Positions 35,901-49,207 of a DNA stretch of 64,000 nt are shown piece by piece. Every line of letters starts with the position of its first letter. The first letter of the stretch is position 1. The translations under genes and the position numbers were made by a program. Source of the stretch: Eledone cirrhosa (taxonomy: Eukaryota); the NCBI GenBank assembly GCA_964016885.1, contig OZ024740.1, positions 9,362,001 through 9,426,000 on the forward strand, in the 5' to 3' direction. The notes under the pieces are model-generated. The model was not told where the DNA came from and made no database searches. It saw nothing but the letters and a program-made list of their open reading frames with translations.

Positions 35901-37917
35901 TCGGTTTCGATTGGTATGTCAGTTTCGATTGGTATGTCAGTTTCGATTGGTTTATCAGTTTCGATTAGTATGTCAGTTCCTATTGGTATATCAGTTTCCA
36001 TTGGTATATCAGTTTCGATTGTTATGTCAGTTTCTTTTGGTATATCAGTATCGATTGGTATGTCAGTTTCGATTAGTATATCAATTTCTAATTGTATGTC
36101 AGTTTCTATTGGTATATCAGATTCGATTGGTATATCAGTTTCGACTGGTATGTCAATTTTGATTGTTATGTCAGTTTCGATTGTTATGTCAGTTTCGATT
36201 GGTATGTCAGTTTCGATTTTATATCAGTTTTCATTGGTATATCAGTTTCGATTCGTATGTCAGTTTCGATTGGTATGTCAGTTTCGATTGGTATATCTGT
36301 TTCAATTAGTATGTCAGTTTCTATTGGTATATCGGTTTCCATTGGTATATCAGTTTCGATTGGTATGTCAGTTTCTATTGGTATATCAATTTTGATTGGT
36401 ATGTTAGTTTCTATTGGTATGTCAGTTTCGATTTGTATATCAGTTTCTATTGGTATGTCAGATTCGATTGGTATGTTAGTCCTCGATTTGTATGTCAGTT
36501 TCTATTGGTATATCAATTTCGATTGGTATGTCAGTTTCTATTGGTATATCAGTTTCGATTAGTATATCAGTTTCTATTGGTATGTCAGTTTCTATTGGTA
36601 TATCAATTTCTATTGGTATATCGGTTTCCATTGGTATATCAGTTTTGATTGGTATGTCAGTTTCTATTGGTATATCAGTTTCTATTGGTATGTCAGTTTC
36701 GATTGGTATGTCAGTTTCGATTGGTATGTCAGTTTCGATTGGTATGTCAGTTTCGATTAGTATATCAGTTTCTATTGGTATGTCAGTTTCTATTGGTATG
36801 TCAGTTTCGATTGGTATATCAGTTTCTATTGGTATATCAGTTTCATTTGATATATCAATTTCGATTAGTATGTCACTTTCTATTGGTATGTCAGGTACGA
36901 TTAGTATATCAGTTTGTGTTGGTGTATCAGTTTCGATTGGTATGTCAGTTTCTATTGGTATATGACTTTCGATTGGTATATCAGTTTCGACTGGTATATC
37001 AGTTTCGATTGGTATGTCAGTTTCTATTGGTATGTCAGTTTCGATTAGTATATCAGTTTCTATTGGTATGTCAGTTTCAATTGGTATGTCAGTTTCTATT
37101 GGTATATCAGTTTCTATTGGTATGTCAGTTTCTATTGGTATGTCAGTTTCAATTGGTATATCAGTTTCGATTCGTATGTCAGTTTCTATTGGCATGTCAG
37201 TTTCAATTGGTATGTCTGTTTCTATTGGTATATCAGTTTCTATTGGTATGTCAGTTTCTATTGGTATGTCAGTTTCAATTGGTATATCAGTTTCAATTGG
37301 TATGTCAGTTTCTATTGGTATATCAGTTTCTATTGGTATGTCAGTTTCTATTGGTATGTCAGTTTCAATTGGTATATCAGTTTCGATTCGTATGTCAGTT
37401 TCTATTGGTATGTCAGTTTCAATTGGTATGTCAGTTTCTATTGGTATATCAGTTTCTATTGGTATGTCAGTTTCTATTGGTATGTCAGTTTCAATTGGTA
37501 TATCAGTTTCAATTGGTATGTCAGTTTCTATTGGTATATCAGTTTCTATTGGTATGTCAGTTTCTATTGGTATATCAGTTTCGATTCGTATGTCAGTTTC
37601 TATTGGTATGTCAGTTTCAATTGGTATGTCAGTTTCTATTGGTATATCAGTTTCTATTGGTATGTCAGTTTCTATTGGTATGTCAGTTTCAATTGGTATA
37701 TCAGTTTCGATTCGTATGTCAGTTTCTATTGGTATGTCAGTTTCAATTGGTATGTCAGTTTCTATTGGTATATCAGTTTCTATTGGTATGTCAGTTTCTA
37801 TTGGTATGTCAGTTTCTATTGGTATATCAGTTTCTATTGGTTTGTCAGTTTCTATTGGTATGTCAGTTTCTATTGGTTTGTCAGTTTCAATTGGCATATC
37901 AGTTTCGATTCGTATGT
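32950..37917. repeat. 18-bp satellite block
   Basis: Same monomer; very homogeneous, indel-free stretch at ~37010-37917. Confidence 0.98.
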
Positions 37918-38051
37918 TTGTATTTATTAATTGTTAAATACGAAAGTTTTTGGTCGTATTGAACAGAACAAATTTTGTATTTTTTGTTAATCGCTTGTTA
38001 AATGCAAGGACCCCATTCAATCATTACCTCCTATCTCTTCTCCTTCTTATA

Positions 38052-38165
38052 AATTCCTTAATTCCTTAATTCTTAATCTAGCGTATTTTCAAACCTTAAT
38101 TCCTAGCGTATTTTCAAACCTCAATCCCTAATTCTAGCGTATTTTCAAAAAAAAAAAAAAAAAAA
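38052..38165 (+). repeat. Short tandem repeats (aattcctt-like x3, ctagcgtattttcaaa x3) ending in A19
   Basis: ctagcgtattttcaaa at 38078, 38103 and 38134; poly(A) at 38147-38165. Confidence 0.85.
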
Positions 38166-38275
38166 TCCTTTCCTTCTTCCGAAACTCCCGCTTACACTCG
38201 ACCCCCCCACCCGCTACTTCGAAGGCATGGGGCGGTCAAACGCCTAACACACACAACCATCATGCGGCCACCCCC

Positions 38276-38309
<34 letters not shown>
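38276..38309. repeat. (CT)n(AT)n compound microsatellite in the 5' region of copy 3
   Basis: ctctctctctctctctatatatatatatatatat. Confidence 0.9.
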
Positions 38310-38410
38310 GATAGGAATTCACTTCGCCAAATTTCATTGCTTTGCTGTCTACCCCACGATATTCATGTAATGTACATATTTTCCTTCATCTCTACCTCCA
38401 CAAATCCTAA

Positions 38411-38505
38411 AACGCACCACCATTGCTATTACGTGGACCAATCATAAGCCAGAGCCCCCACGCATCACCAGTATTATTACGCGGACCAATCAGAAGCCAG
38501 AGGCC
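38411..38505 (+). promoter_or_regulatory. Two tandem CCAAT modules in the 5' UTR of copy 3
   Basis: ggaccaatca with CCAAT at 38438 and 38486 (48-bp spacing). Confidence 0.5.
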
Positions 38506-38611
38506 TATACTATCGCTTGCCTGGTTGCCTTTCGATATATGATGGATGGATGGACTGCGGAATCCTGGAGAGTGAAGGAGAGAGAGAGAAAAATCTGGAC
38601 GCTCAGCGACA

Positions 38612-41600
38612 ATGCCAAAGATAAAGACAAATTCACCTCTTGGACGAGAATGCGAGCACTCCTCATTGTTTCGACCGCGGACGGCTAACATAACCCCATC
38701 GCCCCCGCCCCCCACCGCCCCCAACCCCCAAACGCAATCCAAAACTTCAGAGTTGGTAGCATAAATGTAGGCACCCTAAAGGGTCGCGCTAACGAGGTTG
38801 TAGAAATGCTTGAACGTAAGGAGGTCGATGTTTGTTGTATTCAAGAGACCAGGTGGAGGGGTGGGTCTGCTAGGTTCATTGAGGGTAAAAAACGATGTTA
38901 TAAGCTTTTCTGGGTGGGAAACGACGATGGGCTGGGTGGAGTAGGAATCATGGTAGCAGAAAAGTGGGCAGATAAGATAATAGACGTAAATAGAGTGAAC
39001 GACAGAATAATTAAAATACGACTTGTCCTCAATAGAACTACGGTGACAGTAATATCTGCGTACGCACCCCAATCCGGACTGCCCGGCACTATAAAAGACA
39101 GATTCTATGAGACACTGATGCTAACTACCTCCCAAATATCCGACAGTGACTATATAATTATCGCAGGCGACCTAAATGGTCACGTTGGACAACATTGTGA
39201 CGGCTACGACGAAATCCATGGAGGCTATGGGTTTGGTACTAGAAATGAGGAAGGCTCCAGAATCCTGGAATTCTGTGATGCAAATAACCTAACTATCTGT
39301 AACACTAACTTCAAAAAACGTGACAATCACCTGATCACCTATAGATCCGGGGAACACACAAGCCAGGTAAATTATATCCTTACCAGAAGACGTGACAGAG
39401 TGTCTGTTGTAAACACTAAATCCCTCCCCCATGAAGAATGCACCTCCCAACATAGACTGATAATTAGCGACCTCATAGTCAGGACGAGACGTACTCGACA
39501 GCAGAAGAGGACTATCCTCAGGAGAAAAATATGGAAGCTAAAGGACCCCACAGCCAGGAATAAATTTCAAAGCACAATACTTGATGCTTTCGAAAGTAAG
39601 GAAGAACATTTAGAGTCGGACAATATAGAGGGAGAGTGGGAATTTCTGAAAGCAAACCTGCTGTTGGCGACAGACAAAGTCTGTGGCTGGAGCAGGCCTG
39701 CAGGCAGGAGGAGAGTAACATGGTGGTGGAACAGTAAGGTGGAACGGTCAATTAAGGCCAAAAAGCAGGCTTGGAAAGTATGGCGGGATGGGGGAAGTAG
39801 AGAAGACTATCAAGTGGCCAGGAAGGAAGCTAGGAGACAAGTGTACTTAGCAAGAAGGGAAGCTGAGGAAAGAAAGTTCAAGCATGTTCTACAACGCGAT
39901 GACCAAAAACGTGAGGTGTTCAGGATTGCTAGGCAATGCGTCAAGGAAAACCGTGATATTGTCGGGGAGAAGTGTGTACTAAACGACGATGGCACACTTG
40001 CCATCACCGACGCTGATAAGAAGGTAGCTTGGAAGTGTCACTATGAAAGGCTACTAAATGAGGAGAATAAATGGGAGAAAGACAGTCTCCCCCATATCGA
40101 CCCAATAGAGGGACCAGCAGTGTTAGTCGAGGGGAGTATAATAAGTAAGGCAATCAAGGATATGAAGACGGGTAAGGCGGCTGGGGCTTCGGAAATAGTT
40201 GCTGAGATGCTGAAGGCATCTGGCACGGTGGGACACACCATGGTCACCCGCATAGTTAACCAAGTCGTACAGAATGGGGTTGTTCCGAAGGACTGGCATA
40301 GCAGCATCATCGTTAACTGTTATAAGGGTAAAGGAGACGCCCTAGATAGGAGTAACTATAGAGGCATTAAATTAATCGACCAGGTCATGAAGGTCATGAA
40401 AAAGTAATAGCGCAACTAATCAGAGAGAGAATTGACCTAGATGAAATGCAGTTCGGGTTTGTGTCAGGCAAAAGTACCACAGACGCTCTTTTCATAGTAC
40501 GACAACTACAGGAGAAGTACCTAGCTAAAGGTAAACCCCTCTACTTAGCTTTTGTCGACTTGGAGAAAGCCTTCGACAGAGTCCCCCGCTCCATTATCTG
40601 GTGGGCTCTTAGAAAACTAGGCGTTGACGAATGGCTTGTGAGGGCTATACAAGCCATGTATAAAGAAACAGTCAGCAAGGTTAGAATTAACAACGAATAT
40701 AGTGAAGAGTTTAGCGTAAAAGTTGGCGTCCAACAGGGCTCTGTTCTCAGCCCCCTACTATTTATTATTGCCCTTCAGGCTATAACAGAGGAGTTCAAGA
40801 CAGGCTGCCCATGGGAACTCCTATACGCAGACGACCTCACACTCATAGCGGAATCAATGGCCGAGCTAGAGAAGAAATTCCAAACATGGAAGCACGGGCT
40901 AGAGTCAAAAGGACTTAAAATTAACCTGGCTAAGACCAAAGTACTAGTTTGTAGGAAAGAAAACAAGGCGGCGGTCCCTTCTGCGAAATGGTCGTGCTCG
41001 GTGTGTAGGAAAGGCGTAGGTAGAAACTCCATTTTATGTCCTAAATGCAAAGTATGGGTGCATAAAAGATGTAGTGGGATCACAGGTAAGCTAACTAAGA
41101 ACATAGATTTTACATGTGGCCGATGTTCTGGTGCAATAAGTAGCAGCAAGTGCCCACAAAATACTAGCTCTTTCAATTGCGCAGAGGGTTCTATAGAAAT
41201 AGTGGACAGCTTCCGTTACCTGGGCGATAAAATCAGCAGTGGGGGAGGGTGCTCTGAAAGTACTGTAGCTAGAGTCAGAACTGGTTGGAAAAAGTTCAGA
41301 GAGCTTATACCACTATTAGCTGCTAAAGGGTTCTCCCTAAAAATGAAAGGCAGGTTGTACGATGCCTGCATACGAACAGCAATGCTGCATGGCAGTGAGA
41401 CCTGGGCATTGTGTGCAGAGGATATACGCAGACTAGAGAGGAACGAAGCTTGCATGCTCCGCTGATGTGTAACAGTAATATACGTGAACGGCAAAGCATA
41501 AACGAACTAAGGAAAAAATTAGAGATAAGAGGGATCAAATGTTGTTTACTCGAGAGAAGGCTACGTTGGTATGGACACGTGATGCGCATGAAAGTCGATA

Positions 41601-41779
41601 GCTGTATAACAAAGTGCAGCGCAATAAAGATAGACGGTAGTCACGGAATAGGCAGACCTAGAAAAACCGGGGACGAGCTGATAAACTCCGACATCACACA
41701 CTTACACCTCTCCAAGACAATGACACTGGACCGAGACCTTTGGCGGTACTCAGTAACAGAGAAGACCCGCCTTACCTAA
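38612..41779 (+). pseudogene. Frameshifted APE-RT ORF of copy 3 (pieces 38806-40407, 40446-41465, 41411-41779)
   Basis: 1-bp deletions near 40397 and 41464, plus a frame break in the C-rich stretch near 38720; APE motif VDYIL changed to VNYIL. Confidence 0.92.
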
Positions 41780-42173
41780 ATATATAGTAAAACCTACTCC
41801 AGCCAGTAGGCATCTCTAACAAAATACACCCCGTCCCACCACCACCACCCCCACCCCATCCACACGACCCCGTTCTATGTAAAGTTATGTTGGTGCCGCG
41901 CCATCGAGGCCGAAACAAATGAGATCGTGTAGGTGTCACGACAAAAAAACACACAGTCCACGCTGTAATGTGGCCGTGTAGGCAACACGGTAAAAACCTC
42001 CCAGACCCACACTGTAAATGTGGTTGGTGTTAGGAAGGGCATCCAACTGTAGAAAACCTGCCAGACAGTCCTATGCGAGCAAGACAATCACTCTTGCCTC
42101 AAGTGGGACTACCCCCGTCCAAACCCATGCAAGCGTGGAACACGGACGTTAAACGTTGATGATGATGATGATG

Positions 42174-44948
42174 ATGTCAGTCTCGATTGTTATGTCAGTT
42201 TCTTTTGGTATATCAGTTTCGAATGGTATGTCAGTTTTGATTGGTATATCAGTTTCGATTGGTATGTCAGTTTCTATGGGTATATCAGTTTTGATTGGTA
42301 TGTTAGTTTCTATTGGTATGTCAGTTTCGATTTGTATATCAGTTTCTATTGGTATGTCAGTTTCGATTGGTATGTTCGTCCTTGATTTGTATGTCAGTTT
42401 CTATTGGTATATCAATTTCGATTGGTATGTCAGTTTTAATTGGTATATCAGTTTCGATTGGTATATCAGTTTCTATTGGTATATCAATTTCGATTTGTAT
42501 GTCAGTTTCGATTGGCATATCAGTTTCGATTGGTATATCAGTTTCGATTGGTATGTCAGTTTCTATTGGTATGTCAGTTTCAATTGGTATATCAGTTTTG
42601 ATTGGTATGTCAGTTTTATTGGTATACCAGTTTCGATTGGTATGTCAGTTTCTATTGGTATGTCAGTTTCGATTGGTATGTCAGTTTTGATTGGTATATC
42701 AGTTTCGATTGGTATGTCAGTTTCTATTGGTATATCAGTTTCTATCGGAATCTCAGTTTCTAATGGTATGTCAGTTTCTATTGGTATATCAGTTTCGATT
42801 GGTATATCAGTTTCGATTGGCATGTCAGTTTCGATTGGTATGTCAGTTTCGATGGTATGTCAGTTTCGATTGGTATATCAGTTTCGATTAGTATATCAGT
42901 TTCTATTGGTATGTCAGTTTTGATTGGTATGTCAGTTTCTACTGGTATATCAGTTTTGATTGGTATATCAGTTTCTATTGGTATATCAGTTTCGATTAGT
43001 ATATCAGTTTCTATTGGTATGTCAGTTTCTATTGGTATATCAATTTCGATTGGTATGTCAGTTTCGATTGGTATATCAGCTTCGATTCGTATGTCAGTTT
43101 CGATTAGTATATCAATTTCTAATTGTATGTCAGTTTCTATTGGTATATCAGATTCGATTGGTATATCAGTTTCGACTGGTATGTCAATTTTGATTGTTAT
43201 GTCAGTTTCGATTGTTATGTCAGTTTCGATTGGTATGTCAGTTTCGATTTTATATCAGTTTTCATTGGTATATCAGTTTCGATTCGTATGTCAGTTTCGA
43301 TTGGTATGTCAGTTTCGATTGGTATATCTGTTTCGATTAGTATGTCAGTTTCTATTGGTATATCGGTTTCCATTGGTATATCAGTTTCGATTGGTATGTC
43401 AGTTTCTATTGGTATATCAATTTTGATTGGTATGTTAGTTTCTATTGGTATGTCAGTTTCGATTTGTATATCAGTTTCTATTGGTATGTCAGATTCGATT
43501 GGTATGTTAGTCCTCGATTTGTATGTCAGTTTCTATTGGTATATCAATTTCGATTGGTATGTCAGTTTCTATTGGTATATCAGTTTCGATTAGTATATCA
43601 GTTTCTATTGGTATGTCAGTTTCTATTGGTATATCAATTTCTATTGGTATATCGGTTTCCATTGGTATATCAGTTTTGATTGGTATGTCAGTTTCTATTG
43701 GTATATCAGTTTCTATTGGTATGTCAGTTTCGATTGGTATGTCAGTTTCGATTGGTATGTCAGTTTCGATTGGTATGTCAGTTTCGATTAGTATATCAGT
43801 TTCTATTGGTATGTCAGTTTCTATTGGTATGTCAGTTTCGATTGGTATATCAGTTTCTATTGGTATATCAGTTTCATTTGATATATCAATTTCGATTAGT
43901 ATGTCACTTTCTATTGGTATGTCAGGTACGATTAGTATATCAGTTTGTGTTGGTGTATCAGTTTCGATTGGTATGTCAGTTTCTATTGGTATATGACTTT
44001 CGATTGGTATATCAGTTTCGACTGGTATATCAGTTTCGATTGGTATGTCAGTTTCTATTGGTATGTCAGTTTCGATTAGTATATCAGTTTCTATTGGTAT
44101 GTCAGTTTCAATTGGTATGTCAGTTTCTATTGGTATATCAGTTTCTATTGGTATGTCAGTTTCTATTGGTATGTCAGTTTCAATTGGTATATCAGTTTCG
44201 ATTCGTATGTCAGTTTCTATTGGCATGTCAGTTTCAATTGGTATGTCTGTTTCTATTGGTATATCAGTTTCTATTGGTATGTCAGTTTCTATTGGTATGT
44301 CAGTTTCAATTGGTATATCAGTTTCAATTGGTATGTCAGTTTCTATTGGTATATCAGTTTCTATTGGTATGTCAGTTTCTATTGGTATGTCAGTTTCAAT
44401 TGGTATATCAGTTTCGATTCGTATGTCAGTTTCTATTGGTATGTCAGTTTCAATTGGTATGTCAGTTTCTATTGGTATATCAGTTTCTATTGGTATGTCA
44501 GTTTCTATTGGTATGTCAGTTTCAATTGGTATATCAGTTTCAATTGGTATGTCAGTTTCTATTGGTATATCAGTTTCTATTGGTATGTCAGTTTCTATTG
44601 GTATATCAGTTTCGATTCGTATGTCAGTTTCTATTGGTATGTCAGTTTCAATTGGTATGTCAGTTTCTATTGGTATATCAGTTTCTATTGGTATGTCAGT
44701 TTCTATTGGTATGTCAGTTTCAATTGGTATATCAGTTTCGATTCGTATGTCAGTTTCTATTGGTATGTCAGTTTCAATTGGTATGTCAGTTTCTATTGGT
44801 ATATCAGTTTCTATTGGTATGTCAGTTTCTATTGGTATGTCAGTTTCTATTGGTATATCAGTTTCTATTGGTTTGTCAGTTTCTATTGGTATGTCAGTTT
44901 CTATTGGTTTGTCAGTTTCAATTGGCATATCAGTTTCGATTCGTATGT
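42174..44948. repeat. 18-bp satellite block between the duplicated LINEs
   Basis: Same monomer; contains the duplication junction at ~43089-43105. Confidence 0.98.
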
Positions 44949-45306
44949 TTGTATTTATTAATTGTTAAATACGAAAGTTTTTGGTCGTATTGAACAGAAC
45001 AAATTTTGTATTTTTTGTTAATCGCTTGTTAAATGCAAGGACCCCATTCAATCATTACCTCCTATCTCTTCTCCTTCTTATAAATTCCTTAATTCCTTAA
45101 TTCTTAATCTAGCGTATTTTCAAACCTTAATTCCTAGCGTATTTTCAAACCTCAATCCCTAATTCTAGCGTATTTTCAAAAAAAAAAAAAAAAAAATCCT
45201 TTCCTTCTTCCGAAACTCCCGCTTACACTCGACCCCCCCACCCGCTACTTCGAAGGCATGGGGCGGTCAAACGCCTAACACACACAACCATCATGCGGCC
45301 ACCCCC

Positions 45307-45340
<34 letters not shown>

Positions 45341-48300
45341 GATAGGAATTCACTTCGCCAAATTTCATTGCTTTGCTGTCTACCCCACGATATTCATGTA
45401 ATGTACATATTTTCCTTCATCTCTACCTCCACAAATCCTAAAACGCACCACCATTGCTATTACGTGGACCAATCATAAGCCAGAGCCCCCACGCATCACC
45501 AGTATTATTACGCGGACCAATCAGAAGCCAGAGGCCTATACTATCGCTTGCCTGGTTGCCTTTCGATATATGATGGATGGATGGACTGCGGAATCCTGGA
45601 GAGTGAAGGAGAGAGAGAGAAAAATCTGGACGCTCAGCGACAATGCCAAAGATAAAGACAAATTCACCTCTTGGACGAGAATGCGAGCACTCCTCATTGT
45701 TTCGACCGCGGACGGCTAACATAACCCCATCGCCCCCGCCCCCCACCGCCCCCAACCCCCAAACGCAATCCAAAACTTCAGAGTTGGTAGCATAAATGTA
45801 GGCACCCTAAAGGGTCGCGCTAACGAGGTTGTAGAAATGCTTGAACGTAAGGAGGTCGATGTTTGTTGTATTCAAGAGACCAGGTGGAGGGGTGGGTCTG
45901 CTAGGTTCATTGAGGGTAAAAAACGATATTATAAGCTTTTCTGGGTGGGAAACGACGATGGGCTGGGTGGAGTAGGAATCATGGTAGCAGAAAAGTGGGC
46001 AGATAAGATAATAGACGTAAATAGAGTGAACGACAGAATAATTAAAATACGACTTGTCCTCAATAGAACTACGGTGACAGTAATATCTGCGTACGCACCC
46101 CAATCCGGACTGCCCGGCACTATAAAAGACAGATTCTATGAGACACTGATGCTAACTACCTCCCAAATATCCGACAGTGACTATATAATTATCGCAGGCG
46201 ACCTAAATGGTCACGTTGGACAACATTGTGACGGCTACGACGAAATCCATGGAGGCTATGGGTTTGGTACTAGAAATGAGGAAGGCTCCAGAATCCTGGA
46301 ATTCTGTGATGCAAATAACCTAACTATCTGTAACACTAACTTCAAAAAACGTGACAATCACCTGATCACCTATAGATCCGGGGAACACACAAGCCAGGTA
46401 AATTATATCCTTACCAGAAGACGTGACAGAGTGTCTGTTGTAAACACTAAATCCCTCCCCCATGAAGAATGCACCTCCCAACATAGACTGATAATTAGCG
46501 ACCTCATAGTCAGGACGAGACGTACTCGACAGCAGAAGAGGACTATCCTCAGGAGAAAAATATGGAAGCTAAAGGACCCCACAGCCAGGAATAAATTTCA
46601 AAGCACAATACTTGATGCTTTCGAAAGTAAGGAAGAACATTTAGAGTCGGACAATATAGAGGGAGAGTGGGAATTTCTGAAAGCAAACCTGCTGTTGGCG
46701 ACAGACAAAGTCTGTGGCTGGAGCAGGCCTGCAGGCAGGAGGAGAGTAACATGGTGGTGGAACAGTAAGGTGGAACGGTCAATTAAGGCCAAAAAGCAGG
46801 CTTGGAAAGTATGGCGGGATGGGGGAAGTAGAGAAGACTATCAAGTGGCCAGGAAGGAAGCTAGGAGACAAGTGTACTTAGCAAGAAGGGAAGCTGAGGA
46901 AAGAAAGTTCAAGCATGTTCTACAACGCGATGACCAAAAACGTGAGGTGTTCAGGATTGCTAGGCAATGCGTCAAGGAAAACCGTGATATTGTCGGGGAG
47001 AAGTGTGTACTAAACGACGATGGCACACTTGCCATCACCGACGCTGATAAGAAGGTAGCTTGGAAGTGTCACTATGAAAGGCTACTAAATGAGGAGAATA
47101 AATGGGAGAAAGACAGTCTCCCCCATATCGACCCAATAGAGGGACCAGCAGTGTTAGTCGAGGGGAGTATAATAAGTAAGGCAATCAAGGATATGAAGAC
47201 GGGTAAGGCGGCTGGGGCTTCGGAAATAGTTGCTGAGATGCTGAAGGCATCTGGCACGGTGGGACACACCATGGTCACCCGCATAGTTAACCAAGTCGTA
47301 CAGAATGGGGTTGTTCCGAAGGACTGGCATAGCAGCATCATCGTTAACTGTTATAAGGGTAAAGGAGACGCCCTAGATAGGAGTAACTATAGAGGCATTA
47401 AATTAATCGACCAGGTCATGAAGGTCATGAAAAAGTAATAGCGCAACTAATCAGAGAGAGAATTGACCTAGATGAAATGCAGTTCGGGTTTGTGTCAGGC
47501 AAAAGTACCACAGACGCTCTTTTCATAGTACGACAACTACAGGAGAAGTACCTAGCTAAAGGTAAACCCCTCTACTTAGCTTTTGTCGACTTGGAGAAAG
47601 CCTTCGACAGAGTCCCCCGCTCCATTATCTGGTGGGCTCTTAGAAAACTAGGCGTTGACGAATGGCTTGTGAGGGCTATACAAGCCATGTATAAAGAAAC
47701 AGTCAGCAAGGTTAGAATTAACAACGAATATAGTGAAGAGTTTAGCGTAAAAGTTGGCGTCCATCAGGGCTCTGTTCTCAGCCCCCTACTATTTATTATT
47801 GCCCTTCAGGCTATAACAGAGGAGTTCAAGACAGGCTGCCCATGGGAACTCCTATACGCAGACGACCTCACACTCATAGCGGAATCAATGGCCGAGCTAG
47901 AGAAGAAATTCCAAACATGGAAGCACGGGCTAGAGTCAAAAGGACTTAAAATTAACCTGGCTAAGACCAAAGTACTAGTTTGTAGGAAAGAAAACAAGGC
48001 GGCGGTCCCTTCTGCGAAATGGTCGTGCTCGGTGTGTAGGAAAGGCGTAGGTAGAAACTCCATTTTATGTCCTAAATGCAAAGTATGGGTGCATAAAAGA
48101 TGTAGTGGGATCACAGGTAAGCTAACTAAGAACATAGATTTTACATGTGGCCGATGTTCTGGTGCAATAAGTAGCAGCAAGTGCCCACAAAATACTAGCT
48201 CTTTCAATTGCGCAGAGGGTTCTATAGAAATAGTGGACAGCTTCCGTTACCTGGGCGATAAAATCAGCAGTGGGGGAGGGTGCTCTGAAAGTACTGTAGC

Positions 48301-49207
48301 TAGAGTCAGAACTGGTTGGAAAAAGTTCAGAGAGCTTATACCACTATTAGCTGCTAAAGGGTTCTCCCTAAAAATGAAAGGCAGGTTGTACGATGCCTGC
48401 ATACGAACAGCAATGCTGCATGGCAGTGAGACCTGGGCATTGTGTGCAGAGGATATACGCAGACTAGAGAGGAACGAAGCTTGCATGCTCCGCTGATGTG
48501 TAACAGTAATATACGTGAACGGCAAAGCATAAACGAACTAAGGAAAAAATTAGAGATAAGAGGGATCAAATGTTGTTTACTCGAGAGAAGGCTACGTTGG
48601 TATGGACACGTGATGCGCATGAAAGTCGATAGCTGTATAACAAAGTGCAGCGCAATAAAGATAGACGGTAGTCATGGAATAGGCAGACCTAGAAAAACCG
48701 GGGACGAGCTGATAAACTCCGACATCACACACTTACACCTCTCCAAGACAATGACACTGGACCGAGACCTTTGGCGGTACTCAGTAACAGAGAAGACCCG
48801 CCTTACCTAAATATATAGTAAAACCTACTCCAGCCAGTAGGCATCTCTAACAAAATACACCCCGTCCCACCACCACCACCCCCACCCCATCCACACGACC
48901 CCGTTCTATGTAAAGTTATGTTGGTGCCGCGCCATCGAGGCCGAAACAAATGAGATCGTGTAGGTGTCACGACAAAAAAACACACAGTCCACGCTGTAAT
49001 GTGGCCGTGTAGGCAACACGGTAAAAACCTCCCAGACCCACACTGTAAATGTGGTTGGTGTTAGGAAGGGCATCCAACTGTAGAAAACCTGCCAGACAGT
49101 CCTATGCGAGCAAGACAATCACTCTTGCCTCAAGTGGGACTACCCCCGTCCAAACCCATGCAAGCGTGGAACACGGACGTTAAACGTTGATGATGATGAT
49201 GATGATG
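44949..49207 (+). mobile_element. RTE-like family A, copy 4 (duplicate of copy 3)
   Basis: Same junctions, tail length and frameshifts as copy 3, at offset 7031. Confidence 0.95.
45643..48810 (+). pseudogene. Frameshifted APE-RT ORF of copy 4 (pieces 45837-47438, 47477-48496, 48442-48810)
   Basis: Shares the lesions of copy 3; differs at RCY/RYY and GVQQG/GVHQG. Confidence 0.92.

Larger units (their letters stand above)
37918..42176 (+). mobile_element. RTE-like family A, copy 3 (extended 5' region, frameshifted)
   Basis: Colinear with copies 1 and 2 from the CCAAT modules onward; (ATG)6 tail at 42159-42176. Confidence 0.95.

Noticed and set aside
38170-38700. HDV-like ribozyme at the 5' end, as reported for some RTE elements
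   Set aside because: I could not trace a consistent nested double pseudoknot conserved among copies by eye; it needs an RNArobo or Infernal search
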